Virus record (IMG/VR): IMGVR_UViG_3300037333_000017
Coordinates: 22,295-86,294 of that record
Origin: a virus
Taxonomy: Duplodnaviria; Heunggongvirae; Uroviricota; Caudoviricetes
Length of the DNA stretch: 64,000 bases
Reading direction: 5' to 3' (one strand)
Position 1 is the first letter of the stretch; each line of letters opens with the position of its first letter. Positions 1 through 9,711 of this stretch are shown here, piece after piece. The notes beneath the pieces are model-generated. The model was given only the letters and a program-made list of their open reading frames with translations. It searched no databases and had not been told where the DNA came from. A program made the position numbers and the translations under genes.

Positions 1-1
1 T

Positions 2-349
2 TACGATGATAGACGCAGTAGTAGGAGAGGAAGTAGGCGTTCTAGAGAAGAGCCTCGTAGACTATCTAGAGAACAACGTAAACTAATAGAGAGCTTTGAA
101 GAGGATAGAGAGACAGGATTACTGTGGGACTACAGAATTGACTTACTCTTTGATGACGAAACGTTTGAATATATCGATCCAGACACAATGAGACCGGTTC
201 ATCCGGAAGAGGTAGAAGAACTTCTGGAGGAGTACGCGTACGAACTAGAACAGGAAGAACGCAGATCGTCTAGGAGACGAAACGATGTTCCGTTCGATGG
301 TCCGTTCGATGAAGAACCTAGAAGAAGAAGAAGATCGAGACGTAGGTGA
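2..349 (+). CDS. 3' end of an upstream gene that encodes an Arg/Ser/Glu-rich low-complexity C-terminal tail (partial, runs off the window start)
   Basis: Open frame from position 2 to TGA at 347-349. Translation is dominated by RRSSRR, EEEL and RRRRRSRRR runs. Composition resembles the N-terminus of the 40766 gene product. Confidence 0.35.
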   Translation, partial: YDDRRSSRRGSRRSREEPRRLSREQRKLIESFEEDRETGLLWDYRIDLLFDDETFEYIDPDTMRPVHPEEVEELLEEYAYELEQEERRSSRRRNDVPFDGPFDEEPRRRRRSRRR

Positions 350-467
350 ATAAACAAGGAGGTTAGGCCTCCTTGTCGTTAACCTCTATTTTCTTTTGTC
401 GATATATTATATAGTAGAAATTAATTAGCGAAGCTAGATTAATTGTGTAATTTTTAAAGGAGTTCAC

Positions 468-2603
468 ATGGAGTTTGTAGACATAGACAAATTAACGTTT
501 AAAGAGGCTAAAGAGATAGTTGGATTAGATAGGAGATTCTTGGGTTTCTCAGGACTAGCGAACTTCGGGACACAGGTATCTTCATCAAGATATGTAATGT
601 TTTTCGGTTTCCTAACGCAATACGTCCCTCTTAGGGCGTCTGAACCGCCAATAGCGCTGACTGGACTAGAAAGAGAGTTCGGAAAAACACTTTTCAACCG
701 GAGAGTGGAAAATGACTCAACTGTACTAGGTATGGTTAGTCGATATAATGGTAAGTCTGGAGATAGTGTAATAGATGAAGTAGAGACATTCGTTCTGGTG
801 CTTGATCACGAACATAATGAACTTGATTTTGTTAACATCCCTAAACATGAGAAACACTCTCCGAAGTTCGGGTATGAGCTAACAGAGACAGAAGAGTTAT
901 TAAACTGCGAGTATGGAGATCTACTACCCGGAGGAACTGTATTGGCGCGAACACCGTCCGATAAAGGTAATGACGATGTATCGTTTAGTGTTAATGCAAT
1001 AGGCGCGCTGGTATCTGATAAACGCGTCGGTGAGGACGCGATTATAGTATCTGAATCCTTCGCTAAGAAGTGTTCATTCTCTACATACCAAACATTCAAA
1101 TTCTCAACAGGTATGAAATCTATACCTGTAAATATCTTCGGCGATGACGATAACTACAAAGTTATAAAAGACATCGGAGAGACGCTGGACGATACAATAC
1201 TATTCGCAACTCGTAAAGCAGCCGTGGACGATAACGTAATGTTATATCCAGCGTTGTTCAGCACAAAACACCTACAGTGTGTAGACGTGATGTTCGATAC
1301 TGTCTACAATACTAACAAGGCACGAGGGAAGATAGTTGATATAAAAGTAATACGATCAGAACGACAACGGAAGGTAGCTGTATATACAGGAATATACGAC
1401 CAATTAGATAGGTACGCAGACTCATATAGATTATTTATGCGTACGTTTATACGCGACGTGGAAAATCTTAAACGTATGTATCCCGACGTTAAACTTAGTA
1501 GGAAGTTACACGCAGAGATGGTGCATTATAGATTATTGTTAGATGAAAAGACAGTGAACTATGAGAACAAAGACCCGTTGGATCTTTACCACATAGAAGT
1601 AACTGTAGAATTTAAACATTCACTTAGAAATGGTATGAAAGTAGCTGGTAAATACGGTAATAAAGCTATTGTATCTGGAGTCATACCTGACGCGGATATG
1701 CCTATAACGTCGTACGGCATGAGAGTTGACTATATAATGGATATGAAGTCCACAGCCGGTCGTATGAACCCCGGAGTACCGTCCGAAGGCTCTGTTGGCA
1801 ACATATCTAGGGAGACAAAGTTTAAGATAGTCGATAAGCTAGATAGCATATTTGGCGTATCAAAAAAACCTAAGGAACTAGAGAAACGATTATTGAAAAA
1901 TACAGACGTTCTGTATGACATATATGATATAATCTTAGGACTCGTAAAGATAGTGAGCGAAGAACAATACAGATATTACACAGAGAACTCTCTAGAGGAC
2001 AAAATAGAGATAATCTGTGAGACGTATTTCAAAGAACTCTACTTACTTATCCCGATGGATGGAGACTATGAGTCTATAGAAGGAATACTGTATGAGCTAT
2101 TTAACAGTGAGTACGCTCCGACTATAGAGCCTATAACATACACTATAGACGGAACTGAGACCACTACGGAAGAACCCGTAGAGTTATTATGTTCTCCGTT
2201 AATGGTTCTTAGTAAGATAGCCGACACTTGGTTAGCTACGTCGACAGCCAAAGTGAACCACTACGGTATACCTATATCTACGAGTAGAGAGAATAGACCA
2301 AGACAACCGTATACACCTAACCCTGTGCGTACAGGAGAAGCAGAGTCGAGGCTCATTAACGCGTACGTAGGTCCTGTTGGCATGGCGACGTTAAGAAATA
2401 GGTCCGTATCTGTAGACACACATAGATTATGCTACTCTACTATTATGACGTGTGATGATCCGGCTAACATTGAAAGACTAGTGCCGGAAGAGTATGGTTT
2501 CCCTAATGATAAACCTGTAGAGATATTTAACTCTATACTAGAGGTTGGAGGTGTAGGTACTGAATATAAAGAAGACCTATCTGACATATATGAGGAGGAT
2601 TAA
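468..2603 (+). CDS. DNA-directed RNA polymerase beta subunit, C-terminal fragment (split multisubunit RNAP typical of phiKZ-like jumbo phages)
   Basis: Motif MKVAGKYGNKAIVSGVIPDADMP matches the universally conserved bacterial RpoB segment GDKxAGRHGNKGVxSKIxPxEDMP. AAGGAG SD lies 7 nt upstream of ATG 468. 711 aa corresponds to roughly the C-terminal half of beta. Confidence 0.72.
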   Translation: MEFVDIDKLTFKEAKEIVGLDRRFLGFSGLANFGTQVSSSRYVMFFGFLTQYVPLRASEPPIALTGLEREFGKTLFNRRVENDSTVLGMVSRYNGKSGDSVIDEVETFVLVLDHEHNELDFVNIPKHEKHSPKFGYELTETEELLNCEYGDLLPGGTVLARTPSDKGNDDVSFSVNAIGALVSDKRVGEDAIIVSESFAKKCSFSTYQTFKFSTGMKSIPVNIFGDDDNYKVIKDIGETLDDTILFATRKAAVDDNVMLYPALFSTKHLQCVDVMFDTVYNTNKARGKIVDIKVIRSERQRKVAVYTGIYDQLDRYADSYRLFMRTFIRDVENLKRMYPDVKLSRKLHAEMVHYRLLLDEKTVNYENKDPLDLYHIEVTVEFKHSLRNGMKVAGKYGNKAIVSGVIPDADMPITSYGMRVDYIMDMKSTAGRMNPGVPSEGSVGNISRETKFKIVDKLDSIFGVSKKPKELEKRLLKNTDVLYDIYDIILGLVKIVSEEQYRYYTENSLEDKIEIICETYFKELYLLIPMDGDYESIEGILYELFNSEYAPTIEPITYTIDGTETTTEEPVELLCSPLMVLSKIADTWLATSTAKVNHYGIPISTSRENRPRQPYTPNPVRTGEAESRLINAYVGPVGMATLRNRSVSVDTHRLCYSTIMTCDDPANIERLVPEEYGFPNDKPVEIFNSILEVGGVGTEYKEDLSDIYEED

Positions 2604-4627
2604 TGAGGATTAAGGATGTACTGAATAACGAAAAGTTATTCAGTGAGGAGAGATTTATAGACGTCGAATTCGAAGATGGGGTATCCATTGAGATGACGGG
2701 ACCAGATATAGAGTTAATGTCTTATCTATTCACGCTATTAGAAGAGTCGCCATATGACTTACCTATCGTTTCCAAGTACTGTCCCGTTAACTACTATGTT
2801 AGTGACGCACCAAGTTCTGGAACGATGACGGATACGTTTAGTAGTATTATGGAAGACATTATTGTCGAGATAGGGATATCGAACCCTGACCTGCAGGAGA
2901 TAATGATAGACCACGCCAGAATTATGTTCGATATAGATAACGACATATTCAACGACCTTTACGGAGACTCCGCTAACTATGTATATGGATTCGGTACGAA
3001 AGATATCTTAGAGATATCGAGGCACGAAAAGGTGCTTGCGATACGAAAGAAGTTGGACGAGGATGTGAGTTATGCGGCTATTAAAGAAGCCTACGATGAG
3101 ATAACCAAACTAATCTATAGCGACGAGATAAGTAGCGGAAATGGGTTAAAGAAACTGTTCATCACGAAAATCGGTAAACAAGCTCAGATACTACAGATGA
3201 TAGGATTAAGAGGGTACTGTAGTGAGATAGACTCTACAATCTTTAAGTATCCTGTAACAGACTCGTTCAGTAGTGGTATGCGTACGCTTTACGATATCGG
3301 TGTAGAAAGCAGGACATCAGCGTTCTCTCTCGTATCATCTACAGAGAGCATTAAGAAATCTGAGACACTTAGTAGGAAATTACAGCTTTCCGGAGTATAT
3401 CTAGAACGACTATATCCTGGAGACTGTGGTACTGATGGATACGTGGAGTGGGAAGTAAAACCACCTACATCCGAATACCAAGGGGACTTACGTAACCTTG
3501 TCGGTACGTATCATAAAGTTAATATACTGGAGAAAGAGTGGAAACCTATTAAACGGACAGATACGCATCTTGTTGGTAAGCGTATTCTCATACGTTCGGC
3601 ATCTAGGTGTAAACTTAAGGATAAACACGGTGTCTGTAGTACATGTTTCGGAGACCTATCCTTTAACGTACCGTTTAAAGCGAACGTTGGTCAGTTAGCG
3701 TCCACAACCTTATCGCAGGCAGCGTCTCAGGCGTTATTATCAACGAAACACCTTGTCGGTTCAGCGGGTACGAATAGTATTATCCTAGATACTAGTACGG
3801 ATAAGATCTTTTATGAGAAACAGGGTACGTTCTTCATACACCAAGCTCTTATGAAGACATTCGACGAAATAGAACTAATATTCAATGCCGCAGATGTGCG
3901 CGACATGCTTAGCGTAACGAGTACATCGATGCTGAATAAAATAGACTTCACGAAGTTAACGAATATTAAGGTTGTGGATGTATTATTGAGAACAGGAGAT
4001 AACTACGACGCTGTTACATGTCCGATTAAGTTTAACGGAAGGTCTGGTTCTCTTACTAAACGCGTGATACAGAATTGTATTAAAGGTAAGTACACACTTG
4101 TTGATAATAAGGTACACATTGTTGTCACTCCTGATATAGTTAGGTCTGGTATTATAGAACTAGAGGATAAGAACTTCTCATTCTTCGAACTCGTAAAAGA
4201 GCTAGAAAACCTAATAGAGAAGAGAACCATCCTAAAGGGAGGAGTTAGTAGAACTACAATAGATGAGTTAGTGAGAGAAGTATTCGACCTTGTAAATAAG
4301 AAGTTGAGTATTAACATAGCTAATATTACATCGATGCTGTATACATATATGACGAAAGATCTACCGAGCGGTAATTTCGATCTAGGTAGAAACCACACGA
4401 GCGATAGGCCGGAACTGGTATCTCTCGCAAATAGTATTAACAATAGGAGCGCGTCAGCTAGTTTCCTATACGATGGAGGAAGTAAAAAGATAGCTTCTGC
4501 GGACTTATTCAAAGACACGGATAAACCATCTCACATATATGACGTATTGTTCTACCCGAAAGAACGTATAGCGGAGTATAAAAAGAGAGAGGAGTACTAT
4601 CAGAATTATAAAGATAAACTTAGGTAA
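2603..4627 (+). CDS. DNA-directed RNA polymerase beta-prime subunit, C-terminal fragment
   Basis: CKLKDKHGVCSTCFGDL...VGQLASTTLSQAASQALLSTKHLVGSAG resembles the RpoC CxxCYGxDL zinc motif followed by the region G/trigger-loop consensus (AAQSIGEPGTQLTMRTFHxGGAA). The start overlaps the beta stop (TAATG). No NADFDGDQM motif, so the catalytic N-terminal half must be encoded elsewhere. Confidence 0.65.
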   Translation: MRIKDVLNNEKLFSEERFIDVEFEDGVSIEMTGPDIELMSYLFTLLEESPYDLPIVSKYCPVNYYVSDAPSSGTMTDTFSSIMEDIIVEIGISNPDLQEIMIDHARIMFDIDNDIFNDLYGDSANYVYGFGTKDILEISRHEKVLAIRKKLDEDVSYAAIKEAYDEITKLIYSDEISSGNGLKKLFITKIGKQAQILQMIGLRGYCSEIDSTIFKYPVTDSFSSGMRTLYDIGVESRTSAFSLVSSTESIKKSETLSRKLQLSGVYLERLYPGDCGTDGYVEWEVKPPTSEYQGDLRNLVGTYHKVNILEKEWKPIKRTDTHLVGKRILIRSASRCKLKDKHGVCSTCFGDLSFNVPFKANVGQLASTTLSQAASQALLSTKHLVGSAGTNSIILDTSTDKIFYEKQGTFFIHQALMKTFDEIELIFNAADVRDMLSVTSTSMLNKIDFTKLTNIKVVDVLLRTGDNYDAVTCPIKFNGRSGSLTKRVIQNCIKGKYTLVDNKVHIVVTPDIVRSGIIELEDKNFSFFELVKELENLIEKRTILKGGVSRTTIDELVREVFDLVNKKLSINIANITSMLYTYMTKDLPSGNFDLGRNHTSDRPELVSLANSINNRSASASFLYDGGSKKIASADLFKDTDKPSHIYDVLFYPKERIAEYKKREEYYQNYKDKLR

Positions 4628-4628
4628 T

Positions 4629-4656
4629 CAGTAGGTTGGGTACGCCCAACCTACTG
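4629..4656. terminator. perfect 12-bp stem hairpin (cagtaggttggg-tacg-cccaacctactg) immediately after the beta-prime stop
   Basis: Read directly from the sequence. No U-run follows, so it is either a factor-dependent terminator or an RNA stability/processing hairpin. Confidence 0.5.
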
Positions 4657-4674
4657 CGCAAAACTTTATATCGC

Positions 4675-4742
4675 TATATTATATACGCGTATAAACTAGA
4701 TGTGCCGTAAGGCTAACTAAATTAAAACAAAAAGGATAAGAG
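4675..4742 (+). promoter_or_regulatory. copy A of a 67-bp repeated intergenic element (tatattatatacRcgtataaactagatgtgccgtaaggctaactaaattaaaacaaaaGGATA) ending in the RBS of the downstream gene
   Basis: Near-identical to 28775-28841 (one substitution, one A indel). Both sit immediately upstream of an ATG. A partial third copy lies near 40718-40765. Confidence 0.55.
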
Positions 4743-5237
4743 ATGTTAGATTTGATACAAACAGATTTCATAGAGGCCATGAAACGGTCTAGCGAGGCAA
4801 AAACGACCTTAGGGTCAGTTAAGTTAGATATCGTTAGGCCGGACAATGAAGGACTTACTGGGCAAAAAATAACTCGACAAGGCGTGCATGCCGTTGTGTA
4901 TAAGCGGGAGTACGACCGCGTGAAAGATGAGCTATCGAAGCTTAAGGCCGCGTATAGTGACTTAAGCGAACGGCATGATCGTTTGCGTGTAGTGACAACA
5001 GAGCGCTCGCACAGCGCTAGGGTAGTGAGCACTACATACACCATCGAAGAGTCTGCGGTATCAAGCGAGGCCTTACTTGTATACAGACATTTTGGGTTCC
5101 CAGTCGAACACGAAAGCGGTAAGATCACTATAGACGCAAGTTTCTCTGCGTTATTAGAGCTAAACATGGAGTTGTACGATAACCCTATACACGCGCGGTT
5201 AATAGAAAACTGGGGAGACAACAGTACTGAGGATTAA
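4743..5237 (+). CDS. hypothetical protein; visibly higher GC than surrounding genes
   Basis: ATG 4743 preceded by AAAGGATAAGAG. 164 aa with no recognisable motifs. Preferred over the antisense ORF 4679-5221, which lacks a good RBS. Confidence 0.5.
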   Translation: MLDLIQTDFIEAMKRSSEAKTTLGSVKLDIVRPDNEGLTGQKITRQGVHAVVYKREYDRVKDELSKLKAAYSDLSERHDRLRVVTTERSHSARVVSTTYTIEESAVSSEALLVYRHFGFPVEHESGKITIDASFSALLELNMELYDNPIHARLIENWGDNSTED

Positions 5238-5261
5238 TCCTCAGTACTGTATATTTTTTTT

Positions 5262-6410
5262 CTAAACTTCTTCTAATGCCTGTAAAATGACCTTAAGGTA
5301 TCCGTCAACTGCGGTTAGCGTTCTAGTTCTGGATGCCGCTATAGATGTAATTGCAGTAGTAAACACATTATAAAAACCAATATTCTCCCAAGTTAACTTA
5401 TCACTAACTTCGTTAAAGTCTTTTAAGTCTAATACAATATCGGTAATATCTTCGATGAACTGTTTACTACCTTTAGCACCCTCTTCCGCCTTATCTAATA
5501 ACACGTAGAGTCTCTTATAAGTAGGGTCTGCTCTGAGGCTATGTGTCGTAAAGTATACCTTCTCACCACTAAGTAGTCTGTTTAAATGCGAACTACTGTG
5601 TATAGGTATAGTGTGAGCCGTATATAGGTATGGGACGATGCTTGACGATATACCTAATACCTTACATCTCTCAACGACATCGATACCTCTTCTTCTAAAT
5701 CCTAATACTAAAATGTCCTTATCATTAGCTTTTCTACATACAACTGAGAAAGCCTTCTTCATGAGAGGTACATTGTTTTTCAATATGTGTTCTACGTGGT
5801 TATCTTTGAACACTGGTTTGAATTCCTGATCTCTATCTAAGAAAGACTTGAGTGACTCCACAACCATATTTCTATAGTTATCTGTTACATACAGATCGAA
5901 ACACTCTTCTAATGCCTCTAATGGGTCTGTAGAAGCCGCTACCGATAGTGCTACGAATTTACCTTCCTGCCACGCCATGAGGTTCTCATCCATTAACACA
6001 CGTTTAACATCTTTTAGTTTTCTTCCTCGTGATTCCATGTCTAACAATTTACGTCTAACTTTTCCATAATCTCTCAATATGTCCTCTATGAAATCATCTA
6101 GGTATACAAGGTACTTCGCGATAAATGTGCTTATGAAAACAGATATCTGCTTGAAGAATCCGATGATAGACATGATTACACCTCTAGATTCTTCTAGAGC
6201 TTCTACTACTGTAATATTCTTATTGCAAGACCCTGAGCAGTTCTCTACTGTCGAAATCATACCTTTAGCTCTAGCGATATTCTCAACCGCTAATGGTAGT
6301 ACATTTTCGCCATACTCCTCTAACGACGCTACCGTCTTCGTTAATAACTCATGCGCGTTGTACGCCGCAACCATATGTTCGTTAAGTTCACTAAACATTT
6401 TATCTTCCAC
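5262..6410 (-). CDS. hypothetical protein, member of a tandem paralogue pair
   Basis: GTG start at 6410 with AGGAG SD 7 nt upstream on the minus strand. Shares a recognisable block (NDKxxxVxGF...CKVL...IPYxY) with the 6414-7466 product. Confidence 0.5.
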   Translation of the reverse strand: MEDKMFSELNEHMVAAYNAHELLTKTVASLEEYGENVLPLAVENIARAKGMISTVENCSGSCNKNITVVEALEESRGVIMSIIGFFKQISVFISTFIAKYLVYLDDFIEDILRDYGKVRRKLLDMESRGRKLKDVKRVLMDENLMAWQEGKFVALSVAASTDPLEALEECFDLYVTDNYRNMVVESLKSFLDRDQEFKPVFKDNHVEHILKNNVPLMKKAFSVVCRKANDKDILVLGFRRRGIDVVERCKVLGISSSIVPYLYTAHTIPIHSSSHLNRLLSGEKVYFTTHSLRADPTYKRLYVLLDKAEEGAKGSKQFIEDITDIVLDLKDFNEVSDKLTWENIGFYNVFTTAITSIAASRTRTLTAVDGYLKVILQALEEV

Positions 6411-6413
6411 TTT

Positions 6414-7466
6414 TTATCTCCTATTATCTGTCGCTATATCAACTAGTGCAAGCACTATCGATGGTAGTTCTATGTGCATCTTTAGTTGTAAATATAAACA
6501 CTCCACATACATCGTGTAAATATTAATGTCTTCCCAGGATCCGTTCTTAATGATTCTATTCGTGTCTTTATTATCTGTCATTATCGTATTATTAAGTCGT
6601 GTCTCAAACTCCTTACGTTTAGCTATCACATCTAGCGTTTTCTTCATAAGTGTCTCTAACTCATCTCCAGATGGTAACACAATAGTTTTACCTATACCGA
6701 AGTCATCAGTATCCGGTACATCATGAGGAGTGATGCTGTATCTGTAAGGTATCGCTTTGGCGTTCACTCTAAGTACCTTACATTTCTGAAGCACGTAGAA
6801 CTTATTTCCTAAAAAACCTACTACAACTCTCTTCTTATCGTTAACCTTACATAAAATACTATCTTTATCTCTAGCTATTTTTAATAACTCTTTAACGTTA
6901 TCTGTGTCATATACTTGTTTCTGGTCTTTATCTGTTGGCATAAGTTCTAGCGCGTCAGCTATCCTATCTAATATAGTTAGTTTCTCGTAATCGTCCAGAA
7001 CCTTCATGATATTATCGAAAGTGTTCTTCCCGTCGAACACGCCTAAGAACCCTAATACTCCTACTTTTTTATGTTTTAGTATATCGGTTGTCTTTATCTC
7101 TTTGGATGTCAACGCTGACAACGTTCCTTTGCGTGACTTAAACGCCTTCGCAAATAGTGTATGCGTCCTATTGAACTCCTCGAACTTTGTTTTAAAGACA
7201 TTAGCGTACTTATGTAACTTAGCGTCTAACGCAAGTAACAATTTAGTAGCCATCGTCTTAGACTCTTTTTTAGCTTCCTCTAGACCGGCAGTCAAGGGTA
7301 GTGGATCTTCTCCGAACATAGCTTTCGCATTATTAACAGCGATTACCGCTTCTACTCCTTCCTCGTACGTCCCTACATCAATGCAGGATATCTCCTCCAA
7401 GGCCGCAAGAGTTCCTAATCCTGTTGTCATTAATGACCTAACTATATGTAATTCGTCTTCGTGCAT
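6414..7466 (-). CDS. hypothetical protein, paralogue of 5262-6410
   Basis: The six-frame ORF extends to 7574 via a TTG. ATG at 7466-7464 (MHEDELHIV...) has a perfect GGAGGT SD 4 nt upstream and is the likelier start. Confidence 0.5.
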   Translation of the reverse strand: MHEDELHIVRSLMTTGLGTLAALEEISCIDVGTYEEGVEAVIAVNNAKAMFGEDPLPLTAGLEEAKKESKTMATKLLLALDAKLHKYANVFKTKFEEFNRTHTLFAKAFKSRKGTLSALTSKEIKTTDILKHKKVGVLGFLGVFDGKNTFDNIMKVLDDYEKLTILDRIADALELMPTDKDQKQVYDTDNVKELLKIARDKDSILCKVNDKKRVVVGFLGNKFYVLQKCKVLRVNAKAIPYRYSITPHDVPDTDDFGIGKTIVLPSGDELETLMKKTLDVIAKRKEFETRLNNTIMTDNKDTNRIIKNGSWEDINIYTMYVECLYLQLKMHIELPSIVLALVDIATDNRR

Positions 7467-7537
7467 GTTTACCTCCGTATCGTCAATAAAAACCCTTACG
7501 CGACGGATTTTACTTGATAACAGTGTCAAGGATACAT

Positions 7538-9127
7538 ATGAAACATATACGAATAGTGTTGGGAAGACACACAATGACTGTGACTCTGAAGTCGAACAAA
7601 TACAAACATATAGTGGATAATTTTGCTCGGCACTTCAGAACATACAAAACCGTCTTTACGTCAAAGAACGGAAGAATAACGGCTAGGAAGGTTTTCGATA
7701 AGGATTATGTAGTACATAATGTACTACTTAGAGAGACTCTCTTTCCTATCGTCGTATCTAAGAATTTCGCTGCGGCATTAAAGGAGAGTGACATACCTCT
7801 CAGTGAGGTAGATATCGTTTACAATACAGACCCTAAAAAATACCTCGTTGATATTTCTACGAAGCAAGGGTTCGTACTAAGGGACTATCAGGTAAGGTAC
7901 GTAGAAACGATGACGAAAAATATCAAAGATAACCATACGTTCCTTGTAGACCTACAGACGGGTAAGGGTAAATCTGCCATAGCGTGTTATTCTATAGCAA
8001 AGCTTAAATACAGAACATGTGTCCTCGTAAAAGGTCAGTACATAGACAAATGGGAAGAGGATCTACTAAAGTATTTTGACGTTACTAAGGATGACATACT
8101 TATCGTTAGGGGGTCTGACACACTGAAGAATCTCATGAGTATGGATAAGGCTCCTAAGTTCGTTATCTTTAGTACAAGGACTATGCAGGCTTATATTAAC
8201 GAATACGAAAGTCTTCAAATTAGAAAGCACTTTACATACAGTTTAGAACCTAGTGAGTTGTTAGCGTCTCTTAATATCACAACAGTACTTATAGACGAAA
8301 CACATAAAGAGTTCCATTCTATATATAAAACCGTCTTGAGTCTTGATCCAACATTACTCATAGGCTTATCAGCTACGTTACTGCATAACGATAGCAGTAT
8401 GAACAAACTCTATGAGCTACTATATCCTATGGAGTCCAGACTGACCTATTTAGAATTAGATAAGTACGCCGTAGTGAAGGCTATATCATATAGGATGGGT
8501 ATAGATAAACACTTTGTCTATACGTTAGGCGCACACGGATACAATCAAGGAGAGTTTGAGCTATCTATTATAAAAAACCACAAACTACTAAGGTTGTTTA
8601 TAGATATGATAATTCATATGTTCGAAGAAGAGCACGTAAAGATGGAGAAAGAACATCATGTAAGAAAGAAGTCTATGCTTTTCTTCGGTAGCGTACATAT
8701 GTGTACGATCATTACTCATGTCTTTAAGAGTCTCTATAAAGACAGGAGAGTAGAGAGATATGTTAGTGATGATGCTTACGATGATATGATACTCGGCGAT
8801 ATCATTGTTACAACTCCTGGCTCGTCAGGGGAGGCGATAGACATACCAGGTCTAGGTACGGTATTATCGGCGTATGCTACTAACTCTATGCAGAAGAACA
8901 TACAGATGCTAGGTAGGTTAAGGGAGGACCCAGATATTACTGTTAAGTACATATACTTCTACTGTTTAGATATACCGCAACATATAACGTACCACCATAA
9001 TAGACATCAGCTGTATAAATATAGGGTAGATAGATTCTTACTGGGTAGTTTTAACTTTGGAGGGAGTATCAAGTATCCTGTCGCAATACCTAACAATTTA
9101 CTTAAAATAAAAAGGAAGACTAGATAG
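7538..9127 (+). CDS. superfamily 2 (DExH/DEAD-like) helicase
   Basis: Walker A DLQTGKGKSAIA, motif II LIDETHKE, motif III SAT, motif V TPGSSGEAIDIP, motif VI QMLGRLRE. ATG 7538 has AAGGAT SD. The track start at 7514 is a TTG. Confidence 0.65.
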   Translation: MKHIRIVLGRHTMTVTLKSNKYKHIVDNFARHFRTYKTVFTSKNGRITARKVFDKDYVVHNVLLRETLFPIVVSKNFAAALKESDIPLSEVDIVYNTDPKKYLVDISTKQGFVLRDYQVRYVETMTKNIKDNHTFLVDLQTGKGKSAIACYSIAKLKYRTCVLVKGQYIDKWEEDLLKYFDVTKDDILIVRGSDTLKNLMSMDKAPKFVIFSTRTMQAYINEYESLQIRKHFTYSLEPSELLASLNITTVLIDETHKEFHSIYKTVLSLDPTLLIGLSATLLHNDSSMNKLYELLYPMESRLTYLELDKYAVVKAISYRMGIDKHFVYTLGAHGYNQGEFELSIIKNHKLLRLFIDMIIHMFEEEHVKMEKEHHVRKKSMLFFGSVHMCTIITHVFKSLYKDRRVERYVSDDAYDDMILGDIIVTTPGSSGEAIDIPGLGTVLSAYATNSMQKNIQMLGRLREDPDITVKYIYFYCLDIPQHITYHHNRHQLYKYRVDRFLLGSFNFGGSIKYPVAIPNNLLKIKRKTR

Positions 9128-9144
9128 GGCTAAGCCCTATCTAG
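9120..9144. terminator. bidirectional hairpin (ctagatagggc-taa-gccctatctag) between convergent genes
   Basis: 11-bp perfect stem located between the stop of the 7538-9127 (+) gene and the 9145-9642 (-) gene. Confidence 0.5.
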
Positions 9145-9642
9145 TTACATCCATGTTTTGTAGACTCCATCGTCTAAATCTAATAGTAGTAGCTTAGAAA
9201 CACCTAATGTTGTTTGTACATCGTAGTAAGACTCTCTACCGAGTTTACCGTCTAAAATAGAGGTGACAGCGTCCTCAAGATTATCACCTTCTACATCTAT
9301 AGATAGAGGTACAGCGTCTTCACGCATCGTAGTCTCCGTGAGGTCTCCGCTTAAATCACCTATGAGGAGTTTAAGTGTGTATTCTACTGTTGTAGTATTT
9401 AATCTCATGACGTTTGTCACTACGGCAGGCATTAAACCTAGTACATCGTCACCGTACGTTGACTTAAAATTAACGACCTGTCCTTTAAGTAGAATCTTAC
9501 CAGTAGATAAATTGTCGATGAGTATTTCTTTAGATTCGTCTGTTAGTCTATCGATAGATCCTCGATTTGTTGAGCGCGTGCTGATTTGGTCCAGAAAACA
9601 GGACATTACGTTCCGTGTTTCCGTTATGTCAAAAATATCCAT
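9145..9642 (-). CDS. hypothetical protein
   Basis: ATG with AAGGAG SD on the minus strand. 165 aa, no motifs recognised. Confidence 0.5.
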   Translation of the reverse strand: MDIFDITETRNVMSCFLDQISTRSTNRGSIDRLTDESKEILIDNLSTGKILLKGQVVNFKSTYGDDVLGLMPAVVTNVMRLNTTTVEYTLKLLIGDLSGDLTETTMREDAVPLSIDVEGDNLEDAVTSILDGKLGRESYYDVQTTLGVSKLLLLDLDDGVYKTWM

Positions 9643-9711
9643 TATGGCTCCTTAAATGTTAATTGTGTGTGTTTGTATTCAGAATGTATTTACGTTCGTT
9701 TTAGATGCATT

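Noticed and set aside
4679-5221. 180-aa minus-strand ORF antisense to 4743-5237
   Set aside because: It has no RBS and reads through the conserved 67-bp repeat. The plus-strand ORF has the conserved AAAGGATAAGAG-ATG arrangement shared with copy B.
7514-7574. TTG starts for the helicase (7514) and for the minus-strand paralogue (7574), and the 125-nt head-to-head overlap 51136-51260
   Set aside because: Internal ATGs with strong SDs are better supported: 7538 with AAGGAT; 7466 with GGAGGT on the minus strand; 51112 with AAGGAA on the minus strand. These resolve the overlaps into normal divergent arrangements.
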